A DNA stretch of 51,428 nt, the filler included, from Catajapyx aquilonaris (lineage: Eukaryota), in assembly GCA_000934665.2 (NCBI GenBank). It is 3 parts of 3 records of this genome, joined end to end, with 100 filler letters (N's around TTAATTAATTAA, not from the genome) between each part and the next. Parts side by side here need not be neighbours in the genome. Positions count along the whole stretch, not along the records: positions 34,322 to 51,428 come from KZ539632.1; 2 more parts are not named here. One strand, given 5' to 3'. The first letter of the stretch is position 1. Each line of letters opens with the position of its first letter. This document shows positions 35,184 to 47,422 of the stretch, one piece after another. The position numbers and the translations under genes are program-made. A model generated the notes under the pieces. That model saw nothing but the letters and a program-made list of their open reading frames with translations, did not search any database and was not told the DNA's origin.

Positions 35184-35496
35184 GGGAGGCATGGTGGTCT
35201 AGTGGTTACGCCACTGGCCAGCCCAGCGGGAGGCCAGGGTTCAAATCCCGTCCCCGTAACCTCTGCTTGGCCGGGTCTTTTTCCACTTTTCACCCGACAT
35301 GCCGGGGCAGAATTGGACTCCCTACTCTGCCCAGGGCCAGGAGAAAAGGCCTCGTGTTTAAAGAATGTCAGAAATGACTACCATAAAGCGCCCTCCCTGG
35401 GGAACCTCCCCTTCCCCCCTAAGAGGGCCTCAGGCCCTATCATGGGGTATTTAAAAAAAAGAAAAAGAAAAAGAAAGGAAAAGAAGGAAAAAAAAA
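35184..35496 (+). mobile_element. tRNA-derived SINE type D, full length with a 16-bp TSD
   Basis: A box TGGTCTAGTGG, B box GGTTCAAATCC, 3' CATGGGGTA plus an A-rich tail. TSD GAATGGAAAGAATACG at 35168-35183 and 35497-35512. Confidence 0.9.
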
Positions 35497-36373
35497 GAAT
35501 GGAAAGAATACGTCTGTTAAGTTGGTCTGAACAGTTTCGCAAATTTCTTGTTCGATCATGGCAATAGTTTGTGCTTCGTTTGTGCCGAAAAGCACATCTT
35601 ATGTGCTCTTTCTGTTCTCGAGATATTAATTTTCACTTTTTTGGGGGCCAGCCTGACGACCTTCAGAAATTTGAATTTTCAGTGCGCATACGTTTGTGCC
35701 CGTTTGTGCCGAAAAGCACATCATTTGTGCTCTTTCCGTCAGATTATGCGACAGAATTAATGTCCTACTCTACTGTACTGTGCTGATTAGCTCCATTGGG
35801 CCCTTCATTTTTTGAGTGGTTTTATATCAAGGTATCACTTGCCACAATAATGACATTCTGAAGTATAAAATGTCTCTGTATTGGGCATCTGACAATTTAT
35901 TGACCCTATATTAGGCCAAATATTGCTACCTACCCATAAAGTTTCAGCAGGGTGCACCACAAGATTAAGGTTAAATACCAGCACTTATAAAGAACACCAA
36001 CAGAATCCCTGGTTTTCGATTTGGAACAGTTCATGACAGCTTGAATGTGTTTTGCTAATTTTTTTCTGGGCTTTCAAACTAACCGTCCATTTCACATATC
36101 AGTATTTGGCAATAAGATGCTTATTTTAAGCCATTTTAAAAATACTGTAGTACGTTTAGGGGATGTCACAAATATTAGATGCCAATATTAGGTTAAATTT
36201 AAACATGCTCTCAAGCTCCGACTACCAATACTTTTCAAGAATGGGAATGATTTACTTAGAATGCGGTTGCTGGTATCCGAGGTCAGCCGGTCAGCCTGCA
36301 TGACCACACATGCCCTTCCCATGCACTCTGACCAGGGGAGATGTCACTATGCTCAAAAGTGGGCTTTTCATAT

Positions 36374-36620
36374 GAAGAGCACAGGGGAAAAACGGGGAAT
36401 GTCACATTCCGTTGGGGGTTCCTGTCAAGTGCACAGTACAATAGTAGCATAGGTGACACTTATACCTGGAGGCTTTCCATGGGTACAAGGGTGACAGTTG
36501 CATATAATGACGTGAAGATATCCCTATTATTCTTTAGACACGTGAAGAAATAAAGCTATTTCTTCGATTTTTCATGGACATTTTTTCTGTGACATTCCCC
36601 GTTTTTCCCCTGTGCTCTTC
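36374..36620. mobile_element. MITE with perfect 33-bp TIRs and ATAT flanks (Sola1-like)
   Basis: GAAGAGCACAGGGGAAAAACGGGGAATGTCACA and its exact reverse complement. ATAT on both sides fits the AWWT target of Sola1; the superfamily is inferred. Confidence 0.6.
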
Positions 36621-37061
36621 ATATGTACTCTAACCCTATATGCATGCTGATGTGCATGACAAGAATTCCTGTGCATGTTAAATCCTACAGTGAGTGGAGA
36701 TTGGCATTAAAATTCCTACCCTACCCCCTGCAATAGGTGGATTTGTGAGGTCATCCTTTTAATTTAATTTAATTTTTAGCAATTGGTACCAATCTGTCAT
36801 ATTTCTTGTTTCTCGCTATGTACTCCTCTGAGAATGACTGACAAGCCTTCCAAACTGTTGTTAGGATATATTTTTTTGGTAACCCCTAAATGTGACTTCC
36901 AAAATAACTGTTTAAAAGGGAGCAGTTTGGTGCCAATAAATTGCTAACCATTTCAACTGAAACCTCTCGTATAAGCACATTCATAGAAATGGGATATATT
37001 TGCTATCTACGTCTCTTTTGGAGTGTTTTTTGCACTGAGATTCCAACAACACTTCACTTAC

Positions 37062-37241
37062 AAATGGCTTCCTTCCAAGATTCAGTGCAGGGTTTCTCGT
37101 CAGTACCTGAATCAACAACAACATTCTTTCCACTAGAACTTCATTGGGATTCAGTTTCTTAAGAGTAGAAGCTATGAAGCTTATCAGGTGAGAAAGGAGG
37201 GGTGCCACTTTCTTGTTTGTTGCCAGATCATAAAGCACTAC
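37062..37241 (-). CDS. TAF6L: TAF6L coding exon 4
   Basis: TTAG|...|GTAAGT; VVLYDLATNKKVAPLLSHLI...LLIQVLTRNPALNLG matches TAF6L ALQDLQTNSKI..LLP...RNPHL.LG. Confidence 0.85.
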
Positions 37242-37300
37242 CTAAGAATCAAGAAAAATGAGTCAGATTTGTTTTAAATAAAGAAAATGACAGAACTCAC

Positions 37301-37428
37301 TTTAAAAGTTGCCTTGAATGCTTTCAAGATAGCCTTGGTGATGTATATATAGTACACCCGGAGATCAGTTGGGAGAGACTGCATATCTTCAGGCACACGG
37401 TGTCCTCCATCAGGGGTTAACCACTCAG
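37301..37428 (-). CDS. TAF6L: TAF6L coding exon 3
   Basis: TTTACAG|...|GTGAGT; SLPTDLRVYYIYITKAIL matches TAF6L SLTDDLLKYY..VTRAVL; phases are compatible with both neighbours. Confidence 0.85.
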
Positions 37429-37857
37429 CTGTAAAAAACATTTCGTTGCCAATAAATGGAAAATTACACTGGTACCTTGAGGTAAAAAGAATTTAGATCC
37501 TTGGTCTTCAACAGGATTTCAGCAGCCTGTCAAAATGGTTCTTCAAAGACATCTGGGATAATGGATGTGCAACATTCATCTAGTAAACATGAAAATATGA
37601 TACTGGTATAGTTCTTCTCTGGGCCAGTATGTTCAGTCCAGAAAAGCAGAAACTGAAAAGTAGGCCACGGGCATGAAATAAATTAGGAGACAATGCCATG
37701 CTGTTATTATGAATCCATAAAAATGGCATCATTGGGTAATATTGTACAGGGTTCTGGAAATATATCTAAAGAAAATGGTTGTGCAACAAAAAAAGTTGAA
37801 AATTGCGGCTCTCGATGCCAGAAAAAAGTGATTATGCTGGTGTTAAACAATATTATA

Positions 37858-39071
37858 CTGACAAGGGAAGGTCACGGGGTGATAATGACGGATCTTGATG
37901 AAATTTATCATGCTAATACAGGACAATATATGATACCCAAAAATGAAATATTTCATGCGGAACCCCATATTTGCAAAAGTTATGACGCCTTAAAGTTCCA
38001 AAAATAATACATTATTTTTCATACTCCATGGTATTACATTAGCGACCACATATAATGACATTGAAGTGTGTAATCAGTTTCTAGACCTTTTCTCATTCTT
38101 TCAGGGACAAAGAGTTCTGCTATATTATATATACACCTAGAGGAGGTACTCGGCCTGAAATGTGAGGCAGGCAACAATGCAGGCAACAATATTACCTCCA
38201 ACAAGATGGTGGACGCCTGACATTATTTGAACTAATTGTCGCCCAGTTGTCATTATTGGTTGTTGTCCCAGTTGCTAGACAACAGTTAGAACAACAATAT
38301 TACCTCCAACAAGATGGCGGCTACCTCAGCCTGTCTAATGGAAAAGGATAGGGAGTACCTCCTCTAGGTATTATATTATATAATAGCAGAACTCTTTGTT
38401 CAGGGAGCATGTGAATCGATATATCGTAACCTAGGCAACATATCGATTCCAGTATCGGCTTGGGCGATAACATCATGGCGGCCGATGACGCTCATTGCAA
38501 ACATGTCCAACGTTAGGAATAAATTCCACAGCCCCTGTGCCAGAGAGTCAGGTAAAACCCGGAGTAAATCCCCGAAAAACACGGTCAGGAATACACGGAA
38601 ACTAACTTCGAAATCCAACGATAACCCGCCCGTAAAGTAGACTTGTGCGGATAGAGTGAACCCGGAAGACCGGAAGTGGCGGGTCACCAGAAGTTGACCA
38701 TGAAACCTATTTTGGTCACGCTCAATCCGAATATGAAAACTGTTTGTCGCTATCTCTTACGGTTTAGGCCTTGATACCTGTCCACAGACGGACGGACGGA
38801 CGGCCAGAGCCGTTCTGTAGGACTTTTTTCCGATGAGAAAAGGTCTAGAAACTGATTACACACTTCAATGTCATTATATGTGGTCGATAATGTAATACCA
38901 TGGAGTATGAAAAATAATGTATTATTTTTGGAACTTTAAGACGTCATAACTTTTGCAAATATGGGGTTCCGCACGAAATATTTCATTTTTGGGTATCATA
39001 TATTGTCCTGTATTAGCATGTTCAATTTCATCAAGATCCGTCATTATCACCCCGTGACCTTCCCTTGTGAG
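37858..39071. mobile_element. Element with ~239-bp near-identical inverted arms around a Helentron/DINE-1-like core
   Basis: 37858-38096 is the reverse complement of 38833-39071 with only a few mismatches. The core has ACAGACGGACGGACGGACGG near its 3' end. Confidence 0.75.
38108..38398. mobile_element. P-superfamily-like MITE with an 8-bp TSD
   Basis: TIR CAAAGAGTTCTGCTAT...CCTAGAGGAGGTACTC; TSD TTCAGGGA at 38100-38107 and 38399-38406. Confidence 0.75.
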
Positions 39072-39506
39072 TTGTATTGGAACGCATAGAATTAAGTTTT
39101 TTGCAGCCAGAGGACTAGAACAGTATGCATATAAAATGGAGGCACAATGTCTTGCTACTCCTGCTTGTCTTATGCTAACAAACTTGAATCAATCATTGAC
39201 ATGCACAGTACAATATAACAGATTCACAGCCTATTTTTAAATAGGTTTTTGTGTCAATGTCTGCATATTTTTTAAGGATGTACTCCAAGAAATGGTATGT
39301 TTAAATTTCAAACAAGTTTAAATTAATACTTCGCAAATTACTCATATAACTCATATAATTGTATGAACGCAAACGAGGAAAAATCTGTGATTATGGAGGT
39401 ATTCACAATGTATTCATTCAATCAGCCCTAAGACCCATTATTGTGCATGATGCCAGATGCATATTAAGGTGTTATCCACTAAAGATAAATTTTTTTGGGC
39501 ACTATG

Positions 39507-40759
39507 CACAGTATTTGATATCAGAAAAAACACGATCGAAAATGCTAGCTCCTCAACTAAACCGTCGAAGTACGTAAAACCATATTTCCCCATGTTTTAA
39601 GGGTCGCTGATTTCGATTTTAAGGTTATTTTGAACCTGGACCTACAGGGTGTACCAAAAAGTCGCCATGAAATTCAAGAACTTCTAGAAAAAAACACTAT
39701 AAGTAGGTGTAAATAACAATTCCCGATGCTTGCGCGGTCACTGATTTTGATTTCAAGGTTATTTTGAACCAAGACCTACAGGGTGTACCGAAAACACTGT
39801 CGAATTTAATAACTTGTAGGATAAATTGTATAAATGATTGCAAATAATATGTTCTTAATTAATTGAGAGGGTTACAAATAGAATTACATCATTTATTTAT
39901 TTACTAATTATTTTTAATTTTTATGAAATAAAATCTTTAAAATAGCTTGATTTTTTGGGTGTTAGTTTGATAAATTCTATCCTGCAAAAGCGGCTCCACG
40001 CGACTCCATCATGAATTGCTGTTATGGTGACCTTCAGGATGTCCTGTAACTAGAAAATCATAATCCAGCTGCTAATATCTGCTACCCGCAATTTTAGAAA
40101 TGAAAACCCCTGAGAGGTGCATTCGAGAGAGGTTCAATTTATGTCCTAAACTGAATTTCAAAGATCATTAATTAATAACTACTACCCTTTTCAGAAGCAA
40201 AGTGTGTTTTCTAAAGTTTTGAGTGCCTACATAACAAAAAAACTACATAATTTAAACAGCAATCGCGATTTTGTACAGAAACATCATTTTCAACTATTTC
40301 CACAATTTATTCCATGAGCTCTCAAATTTGATGATGTTTTTGTTACAGGTGTAGGTCCGGGTTCAATATAGCTTAAAAATCAAAATCAGTGTTCCCCAAC
40401 ACATTGTAAAATATTTTTTCACATATCCGTACTTATAATGTAGATTCTACAAGTTCTTAAATTCGGTGGTCTTTTATGGTACATCCTGTATCTCCTGGTT
40501 CAAAGTAACCTAAAAATCAAAATTAGGACCGCGAAAGCATCCAGAAATGTAATTTTCGCCTGCTTATAGTGTTTTTTCTAAAAGTTCTTAAATTACATGG
40601 CGAATTTGTGGTACACCCTGTATGTCCAGGTTCAAAATAACCTAAAAATTGAAATCAGTGACTCCTAAAACATGGGCAGACAGGTTTTTTACGTACTTAG
40701 ACGGTTTAGTTGAGGAGCTATCATTTTCGATCGTGTTTTTTCTGATATCAAACACTGTG
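39507..40759. mobile_element. Non-autonomous Transib element
   Basis: Termini CACAGT(A/G)TTTGATATCAGAAAAAACACG with long inverted arms; 5-bp TSD CTATG at 39502-39506 and 40760-40764. Confidence 0.85.
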
Positions 40760-41104
40760 CTATGGCATCTAGCCTGCCCAAGTATGCATGACTGGCACAT
40801 ACGCACCAGCTCCAATTGGCTCCTCTGGCATGCATGGAGCTCTGTGCATGACTTGTGCACATGAGTGGGTGCAGCTTCATCAATTGGAGCCATGTGACAT
40901 GCCGAAGGACACTTTCATTTTTATAAGGACATTGTTGCATGAGAGTGATCAATGAATATAATGAACATAAATATAATGACCAATGAAGGTCAATTGGCAG
41001 GTACAAGCAGTTGGTGTTGCTCATAGTAGTCAGGCTTTGGATGGTTTTTCCTGCCACATAGTTGGAGTCAAGAGAAACTATATTATGATCACATTATACC
41101 TTGT

Positions 41105-42345
41105 CTCCACTTGCACAGGATCTACATCGAGACTGATGTAGCTCTTTGATGATCCAGTTCAACCAACATGCACTGTCTCTGATCCAGCAAGGGTTACAGA
41201 TGAATGGAAGCAAAACCATAAAGTAAATATTGTTTATTTTTTTAAACGAATCTATTTTCACACACATTTATGTTCTATTAATGGTCACCAATTAAATGGA
41301 TTAAATTGCAATTTGAAAGTACTGGAGCTTCATCTGGCAACATCCGGATTGCATTTGAGCAAGGGGAAGGAGAGGGGGAGAGAAGCTGTTGATTCACCTC
41401 AGATGCCGTTCCTGGACGTCATCATGCTTGTTGCAGGGGACCTGACGGGTGGTAATCCGGATCATGAGCTCTAGTGGAGACGAAGTATCAGAGCTCATGA
41501 TCCCGAGCAGCCTTGCCAGGGTCCTGCAACAATCATATTGTTGTTCCCAAAGCGACTCTGAGGTGAATCAACAACCTCCCCCCCTTCCTCTTGCTGAAAT
41601 AAAAACAGTCAATTTGATATTGCCAGATGAAGGTTTCTCTCAAATAACGATTTAAATACCGTATGCAATCAGTGACCATTAATGGAACAAATTTGTGTCA
41701 AATAAAACTACATTTTAAATATAAGGGACGATATTTATTTTAACCCTTTGACGCCTGAGTTTTTTGGGCCGTTTCAGTCTCTGTTTGAAAAAAAATTCTA
41801 GTAGTAATATTAATGAAAAACAATATGCTCCAATATTTATCATTTCAACTCGTGGGGGTCCTTTTGAATGTAAAATGCCGAAAAAATTCATCTACAGGGT
41901 GTTCCAGAAAAAAAATTAAAGTGCAATTAACTTTAAATGTAATTAAATTTATTGCCATTTTTAAAGTCACCATAAAATTGTTACTATGGTTACATAATAC
42001 TACTAAAACCTTTGAGAAATTGCTACGAGTCCAGATGCCGCATGTTGACAAAAACTGTCAGGCTGGACGGGGTATGTTTAGCTCACGCTGGGAAGCGGAA
42101 AAACTGATTAGCATACACCATGGTAGTTCGAGCCCCCTTCCACGGGGTGGTAGGATCAGTTTCAGCCTCAAACTGCGCCATTTTTGTGTAAACTAGCGCT
42201 CCCAGTTCAAAAACCAGCAGGACATCATATGATGTCCATAGGCGTCAAAGGGTTAAAGTTTGCCTTCTATTCATCAGGTAGCCATTTCTGGGTCACAGTG
42301 GAGGAGGTATGAGTTGGCTGACTTGGATCTTGTGCTAGTGGAGAT
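41105..42345. repeat. Old diverged palindrome centred at about 41480, with the right arm interrupted by a piggyBac-like MITE
   Basis: Matching inverted blocks: GGATCATGAGCTCT/AGAGCTCATGATCC, TGTTGATTCACCTCAGA/TCTGAGGTGAATCAACA, TTAATGGTCAC/GTGACCATTAA, TCTCCACTTGCACAGGATC/GATCTTGTGCTAGTGGAGA. Confidence 0.65.
41744..42252. mobile_element. piggyBac-like MITE
   Basis: 13-bp TIR CCCTTTGACGCCT; TTAA on both sides. Confidence 0.8.
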
Positions 42346-42397
42346 GGATGTTATAATCATGGGAAGGCCTACTAGTGGTACTACTTTACTGACTTAC

Positions 42398-42635
42398 CTC
42401 TTACATATGTGCGTCCTAACTGTTTGGTATAAATACGGCCTAATGAATATGGAATAAGCCGATGATTGATTTCACAAGGAATATAAACTCCAGCTGCCTT
42501 CAGGTGTGTCCATCTGGGAGGTTCAGGGCTGATTTTCCCATACACACACTCTACATCCCACAAATGCAGAACAGCATTGATATCATCCACGGTAATTTTT
42601 CGGCGTTTGCTCTGCCGCACCCGCTGTCCACATGT
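42398..42635 (-). CDS. TAF6L: TAF6L coding exon 2 (histone fold, C-terminal part)
   Basis: TTTTGAAG|...G|GTAAGT; RQSKRRKITVDDINAVL..WDVECVYG matches TAF6/TAF6L KRRKLTV.D.N.AL. Confidence 0.88.
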
Positions 42636-43102
42636 CTTCAAAAAAAAGAAATGTCCAAGTTATTAATAGAAAGTAAAATTTGTATAAATCACTCATTAAG
42701 GAGTTTTATACATTAGGGAAACTAAGCAAAATGCAGAACTTGTAGGCTATTCATCAAAGGTGCTGGAACAAGCAATTTGAATTGAGGGCATGTAGCACAG
42801 AAGGAACCCAGGCGACGCTGTGTCAGTCAAAATGATAAATGAGAACGTAGGAAGTTATGGGGAATTGAGGCCAAAATAGCATAAGAGTGGGCGGAAGTGA
42901 CCACATGTCACACCTGTACAATGTTTCAGAATATTTATACAAGATTCATTCAGGTGAAAGTGAGAAGTCAGCTGAAACTACAAACATGGTTATATAAGTC
43001 CAGGAACAAATATGTTTAAAATCTGGGCAAGTCCAATCCACTACTAGTCCTAATTGGGTTGACATCCAAGTGGCAGGAGAGCTGAAAAATAATCAATAAT
43101 AA

Positions 43103-43430
43103 TACGAGGGCCATACCAAATTGATTGACACTTAGTTTGTTTTTTTCCCACAAATACAGGGCCCTTACAGGTTGGCAAATAGGCACACACTATCGATAGA
43201 ATCCTCCTGGAGCCGAATGCATTGGCACCACGGGTGTGGCAGCCTAGCCTCTCCAGGAACCATGTTTGGAAGTGCAGTACACCCACTCCTGGACAACTGC
43301 TTGCAGTTCAACTATGTCCTCATAATGGCATCGGCAGAGGGTTTTTTTTCATGGATCCGGGTTTGGGTGCTTGTACGCCCACCATACTCCCCCGATCTAG
43401 CCCCCAGTGACTTTCACTGTTCATGAAAAA
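43103..43430 (+). mobile_element. Internally deleted mariner remnant
   Basis: TA|CGAGGG terminus at 43103 and the mariner motif RPPYSPDLAPSDFH near 43375-43420. Confidence 0.7.
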
Positions 43431-43810
43431 AATCGTTTGCCGACACTGGGGAGTACACTCAAGTAAACCATTCCCTCTCATTCATTGTATCTCTTTTACT
43501 TTACTGCCTCCTTCTAGTCCTTATACCTGGGTGTCACCCAAGCTTGAGGGAATTGGGTACAAAGAGTCTGAGTGGAGTTCCCTTTTCTCATTCTCCTGCC
43601 ACTCAGATGTCAACCAAATTTGGTTCACTAATAATAGATAAAACTTGGATGTTCAGCATATTTGTTACTGGACTTATTCATAATCATGGTTGTACAGTAC
43701 TGGACACATTCGCTGTCTCTGAATGTTTTTTTTTCTGTCGGCGACAGCGCTGCGTACATGGCAACTCTGGCCGGCGGGCCAATTGAAACATTAGCATATG
43801 GAGAGTGCTT

Positions 43811-44150
43811 TGGGGAGGTGTGGGGCCGAGATGTTAACGTCTCGGCTTGGTGAGTGAAAGGTCCCAGGTTCGATCCCCGCCTGGGAGTTCCCTTTCACCT
43901 GCGTCGGGAGGGTCTCTGACCTGCATCTTGGAGGTGTCTGGCAACCTAACCTCCTGGGGGACTGCACACGGCCCAAAGGTTTAAGACATTTCACCTGCAC
44001 AAGTGTCCCCTCCCCAACAATCCCTATCCTTTCCGAATGTCCCTGTTTCCTAGCACCAGAGAAAGAAGCTGAAAAATATATAGAAAACTGATCCTACAGA
44101 TCCCGTAAGGGACATCAAGGGGTAAACAAAATAAAATAAATAAATAAAAA
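43811..44150 (+). mobile_element. tRNA-derived SINE type B with a 15-bp TSD
   Basis: B box GGTTCGATCCCC; 3' AGGGGTA plus (AAAT)n. TSD ATATGGAGAGTGCTT at 43796-43810 and 44151-44165. Confidence 0.9.
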
Positions 44151-45257
44151 ATATGGAGAGTGCTTAGTGTTCTTTCCATTGTTGCCACTGTTTACAAAGA
44201 GAGAGTGATGCGGATGACCTAGCGACAGGTCTCTGCCTGCTTACACAGTAGCAGGGATACGCAGCAAAAAATGGGAAAATAACGATGTTAGAAGCAATCC
44301 ACTTTGGGAAAATTATCCCTGGACTCAACGAAAAATTTTCGTCCACAGCACACATAATATATTCCATCCCTGGGGGGGGGGGGGGGGGGGNNNNNNNNNN
44401 NNNNNNNNNNNGGGGGTGTCAATTAAGATCAGGGGTGTGCCAATTGAAAGTGCGCCAACTGACGGATTCTTTCGGTTATTGTGCCTTTTCCGTGTAATTC
44501 GACCACCGCTAAAACGAATGGAGACCATGCCCTGTATGGCAGACACCGCGTCTATCTTGTAATTTGTCCCCACAAGATGTCATATTTCAAAATGACCTCC
44601 CCATATACGAGTAGGCCTACGTGTCATTCGCATCATGTTCGCGCCAGGAAATTAAAGGACATCTCAAGCAACTTCCCATGTCTGATGTAGCCGGAAAGTG
44701 CCTCAACCCGTTGTGGTCCTGAATGCTGAACCTTACTTATGACCATGCTTACGACGAGTCCCTTACCCAACCAACCATCTAACCAGTGAACCCACCTTCT
44801 CTCTCACCTTCTCACTACTCCCCTTCCACCCATTACACTGACCTTGATTGGGTGTTGATGAGATTCAGTGTAGACCTTATTTTATTAAATTGGCAGACAA
44901 GAGCACACCGAACACTTTCCCGACCATCCATTCGGTGACTCCATCATAGCATGTGACGAGTGTGTTAAAAATAAAACAGTTTCTCAAAATAAAAATGTCC
45001 CCTCTGCCTGCTTATCCCTGTGCCATGGACTAAATTACTGTATGCAGGAAGATCATCCATCGCCCAGCATCACTTGCGCAGTGTCAACAATGGCAAGAAC
45101 ACAGTAAGCGCCGATCATGGCCCCATGTCTTAACGCACCCTCATAGTCTCGGCGCGGCGTCTGCCTCACTCGCTATTTGTAAACAGTGGCAACGATGGAA
45201 AGAATACTAAGCACTGCTGATGTTTGAATTGACCCGCCGACGGAAAATAAACATTAA

Positions 45258-45695
45258 AGGGACACTCCACTCAAAATACAAGTTGGCCCCCAAAAATCGG
45301 GCAAAAAATCCTGATTCCGAATGTGCAATCGTTTTTTTTCTACGCCCAACGGTAACACGGAAAATCATATATCTACACACGTCGTCTCGCGTCGTCTGCT
45401 AAGAAGGGCGATACAACAGCATCTCGCGGCAAACCGGAGAAGGAGAGAAGAGGAGAGCCGCGCCAGGCTGGCGCGGCAGTTGTTTGTTGATCACCTTCTC
45501 TAGTTCCGCCCGGTTCCACTCTGGTGGCGGTCGCCACCTGCGCCCACAGCCCCGCACGCAGTTTTCGAACGACACACTTCCAGCTTTCACACTGGCCTTA
45601 CCGTTCGTCTCTAAGAAAAACTGCTTATACCCTCGGAATCAGGATTTTTTGCCCGATTTTTAGAACCCAACTTGTATTTTGAGTGGAGTGTCCCT
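45258..45695. mobile_element. Kolobok-like non-autonomous element, copy 2 (opposite orientation to copy 1)
   Basis: Same AGGGACACTCCACTCAAAA TIR as 18229-18725; TTAA on both sides. Confidence 0.8.
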
Positions 45696-45997
45696 TTAAG
45701 AGACGGCTAATGTGTCCAGCACTGTATATGGTTGACTGCTCACTATATTTGAATTGATGCCGATTGTAAGCCACCAGTTCTTGCCTTTTAATATAAAAAC
45801 CAAGTGTGTCAGAAAGCAGGGGCTTATACCAAATGGAAGGATGCAGGTTCCTATGGAATAAAATATTAAACATGTGAATATGACTGTCTGAAGACACTTT
45901 TCATTAGTCCCTCCAGGTCCTCCTTTTACCACCCAAGAAGGGTCAACTTATTTTGGAATAATTACTGTACAATAAGTGTAGGTATACAGTAGCTTAC

Positions 45998-46243
45998 ATG
46001 TATCAGTTCCCTGATCCTGTAGGTGGTATCATCTGCTACAGCTTTGGCCACATCCACACTCAAGTTGACGGTACCTGCAGCTTCAGCTATGAGCATGATA
46101 GATTCTGGGGACAACTTCGCAAACTTCTCTTCTGGTGATGAGAATGAGAGTACTAATTGGGGTGGTGTACCCTTGCTCTCCTCCTTCATCCTCATCAGCA
46201 CTTCGTCTTTCACAGCTTTGGAAGTCAGGTCTACCAAAGACAT
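45998..46243 (-). CDS. TAF6L: TAF6L coding exon 1 (histone fold, N-terminal part)
   Basis: FAKLSPESIMLIAEAAG...VAKAVADDTTYRIRELIH|GTAAGC matches TAF6L ESVRLMAES.G...A.LAEDV.YRLRE. An upstream acceptor at about 46260 implies a 5'UTR intron. Confidence 0.88.
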
Positions 46244-47130
46244 AACAGCTTGCCACTACCTGGTGAATAAAAAACCATTAAGGGTTTGTACATGGACAGG
46301 CTCAAGAGATAATATTTATCGCAGACTTTCAAAGGCTACTGTATGAAAGTGCAGTACTTGTTAAATATCACCTTCAAAAAACATGGGGTATGAAACTACT
46401 GCCTAGGGAAATAAGGCAGATTGCAGATCATGAAAGGTGCGGATCATTATCCGTGTTGCAGATTATTATCTGTGCATCGCCAAAAAATAAAATAAACAAT
46501 AACAGTCCAAAAAATGTCAATATGTCTCTCAAATGAAGAAATAGAACACTTTTTCAAGAAGACAAACTAAAAATCTAACGTAAGTTTTATACATTTTGAT
46601 TAAACCTTAGTTAAAGCAGCACATACTGTACTATGTACGGTACCATTCATTTAAAAATGGTACGACTCTATATGGAAGAAATGTTTATTCTGCTCTCAAC
46701 CCCTGGGTCGCCAGCATGTTTTTAAGGGTCATGAGGAAGTCCAGGAAAAGGGAATCAAAACAAAATAAAAAAGAGAAGAAATAAACAAAGCAAAGTAGGA
46801 AAATTTTTAGGGGGGATATTCACATCGACGTAAGCATTGCCTGGTTGAACATTTTGGTAATTAAGAATTTTATTTTAAAATCGGAATGGGTCACACAAGT
46901 CCCCAGAGGTCAAGAAATAGGGTTTCTTCGAAATAAGGTTGGGAATAATGCTGGATAATCAGGATAAACATTTCGTCCGCAGAGTCGTACCATTCTTTAT
47001 GAACAAGACTGTACAATACACATTAAAAACCTCTGAATAACGCATTTTACGGTGTCTATGACCACCTTCAGAATATCCGTGTTTTCTGATTATCTGGTGA
47101 CCCCTGTGCATTCATTAGCCCAGATCAGCC

Positions 47131-47422
47131 CCCCACAACTCGTATGATATGGTAGGGTACTTCGAGAGTCACTATCAGCCTCAAATTTGGCACTGGCGTC
47201 GCTCACTGGGGCCAGCGGGTTGCCTGGCTCATTCTGGCGAGCGGCCGAATCTGCAGAATGGGGCTGAGAGTGCTGTACTGAGTATTGACAGTTTGGGTTG
47301 ATTCAGAAGGGGTCTGCCCAAGTGAATCTGGCAACCTGCTGGCCCCAGTGAGCGACGCCAGCACCAGCAGAGACTCTGTAAGTATGCTACCATCACCATA
47401 AAGCTACGGCGGGAGTTGTGGG
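47131..47422. repeat. Diverged palindromic element
   Basis: CTGGCGTCGCTCACTGGGGCCAGC/GCTGGCCCCAGTGAGCGACGCCAG and the outer CCCACAACTC/GAGTTGTGGG. Confidence 0.65.

Larger units (their letters stand above)
43695..45724. mobile_element. Long-TIR Tc1/mariner-type non-autonomous element with nested insertions
   Basis: TA|CAGT(A/G)CTGGACACATT(C/A)GC(T/C)GTCTC at both ends. The arms keep matching once the SINE (left) and the Kolobok element (right) are removed. Confidence 0.7.

Noticed and set aside
36290..36320. CGH-coding site as the possible missing TRAIP RING exon (another at about 42900)
   Set aside because: The surrounding residues do not fit the RING pattern CGH.FH..C and there are no suitable splice sites.
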